DNA of 64,000 nt from an uncultured Alphaproteobacteria bacterium (GTDB lineage: Bacteria > Pseudomonadota > Alphaproteobacteria > HIMB59 > GCA-002718135): positions 11,303 through 75,302 of the forward strand of contig CACKSN010000002.1 in assembly GCA_902602845.1 (NCBI GenBank), read 5' to 3'. The notes under the pieces are model-generated. The model ran no database searches. It saw only the letters and a program-made list of their open reading frames with translations, and was not told the DNA's origin. Shown piece after piece: positions 62,804 through 64,000 of this stretch. Both the position numbers and the translations under genes were made by a program. The first letter of the stretch is position 1, and each line of letters opens with the position of its first letter.

Positions 62804-64000
62804 ACCTTTTGAAATTATTAGTATATCTAAGTCTCTTTCTATTTTGTTGTCTTTAAAATAAAATTTACCATCCACTCCATCAAATTGGACTGTTGAGCTG
62901 TTCAAAAGATTCTTTGTTTGCATATAGTTTATCTGTCTTGAGTAGATAAAATTTAATAATCCAACTAAATCATAAGACAATGTTGATATTCTTAATAAAT
63001 TTTCTTCATAAATTTCTTGATACTGAACCAGTAAATCATTCCTTTTACTTTTTTCAATACCAGGGAAAATCGTACCTTGTAATGAAGGTTCAAAAAAGAA
63101 ATTTTCATCATCAATAACACCAGTGCTTAAAAACTGTACAACGTTTGGATCAATGTCATAATATGGAAGAAGAGGTGCAACTTTAAGTAAATTGATACCA
63201 TAATCAGCAATTAATATATGCGAAAAATCATAATCACTGGTTGTTTTAAATCTTTGTAATTTTTTTAGTCTATCCTTAGATTGGTTATCATTTTTTTTTG
63301 AAAGTATTTTTTTTTGTCTATCAAGCTCATATTTTCTTAACTCATACTTTCCCAGCTCTTTGATAGAATCTCTAACATTAGATAAGTCTTTTTTGTATGA
63401 TGATCTATTTACTAGAATAACATCACTTTCATCTAAAACATTATCAATTAAAGAATTAATTTTATAGCCATAATCATTTTCAGGATAAAGGAGGGCCAAT
63501 TTAGAGTCTTTTTTTAGTGAGAAAATAAGTTGTTCTAATTCATTTTTTGGAAAAAAATTAAATAAATATATGCAGTCGCCAGCGACACTATCACTAGAAG
63601 AGAAGCTAAAAAAAATGACTTTATCTTCACAAAAACTCCTCACAACTTTTGTATTCTCGGTAATAATTGGGCCTATATAAATTTTTCCTTCTTTTTTTGT
63701 GTCATCTATTATTTTTAATAGATCTTTTTTATCTTCAAAAAATTTTATTTCGAATGAGACGTTTTTTAATTTTTTGTTATAAACTGCTAATTCCAAAACA
63801 TTAATGAATTGCTCAACGAATTCTTGATTATTTTTATTTGAAAAAATTATGGTTATATCTTTTTTTATATTAATTTTTTCTGCATTTTTATCATGTTCAA
63901 TATCAACATTTTTACTTGTTTTTTTTTCTAAACTGTCAAAATCTACAGTCTTTATTTGATTATTTTTTAAATCTTGAGTATTTTGTTGTTCTGATTGTGT
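62783..64000 (-). CDS. Penicillin-binding protein activator LpoA/LppC-like periplasmic protein (5' end beyond window)
   Basis: The frame stays open from 64000 through the TTG at 63796. Periplasmic-binding-protein fold features: IGP, LLYPENDYG, PLLPYYD, SYD and FDGVDGKFYF. Confidence 0.6.
   Translation of the reverse strand, partial: TQSEQQNTQDLKNNQIKTVDFDSLEKKTSKNVDIEHDKNAEKINIKKDITIIFSNKNNQEFVEQFINVLELAVYNKKLKNVSFEIKFFEDKKDLLKIIDDTKKEGKIYIGPIITENTKVVRSFCEDKVIFFSFSSSDSVAGDCIYLFNFFPKNELEQLIFSLKKDSKLALLYPENDYGYKINSLIDNVLDESDVILVNRSSYKKDLSNVRDSIKELGKYELRKYELDRQKKILSKKNDNQSKDRLKKLQRFKTTSDYDFSHILIADYGINLLKVAPLLPYYDIDPNVVQFLSTGVIDDENFFFEPSLQGTIFPGIEKSKRNDLLVQYQEIYEENLLRISTLSYDLVGLLNFIYSRQINYMQTKNLLNSSTVQFDGVDGKFYFKDNKIERDLDILIISKGLAKKIN

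Overview
This window looks like AT-rich, tightly packed chromosome of a streamlined alphaproteobacterium. A marine SAR11-like or HIMB59/AEGEAN-169-like host is inferred from gene content and composition and is not proven. I found no rRNA, tRNA, CRISPR array, integrase or transposase. 1-12 kb is a phosphonate-catabolism locus: phnA and phnY, a Ugp/CUT1-type ABC transporter, a GpdQ/CpdA-like metallophosphoesterase, a phosphonate-associated Fe-alcohol dehydrogenase, a single-barrel MetE-like Zn-thiol alkyltransferase, a SAM-methyltransferase-like protein and a phosphonate-associated EamA protein. Both transport transcription units carry Pho-box-like repeats, and no phnW, phnX or C-P lyase gene is visible in the window. 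This locus is the best candidate for an undescribed system: hydrolytic use of 2-hydroxyethylphosphonate esters and/or methylated phosphonates. The rest of the window holds msrPQ, an orphan yejA-like binding protein, nucleoside salvage genes in three separate blocks, an Fe3+ ABC transporter, ibpA with a sigma32 promoter and ROSE-like thermometer, DUF1800/DUF1501, a very AT-rich pabB-pabA-pabC-folP-folB-folK operon facing a divergent TrpF-like gene, cysS-thrS-hemB-hisI-ribA, katG, a pseudoazurin mini-cassette, pyc, dapB, hrcA-grpE-dnaK-dnaJ, rph-rdgB and a partial LpoA-like gene. All family calls come from motif recognition by eye; no database search was run.
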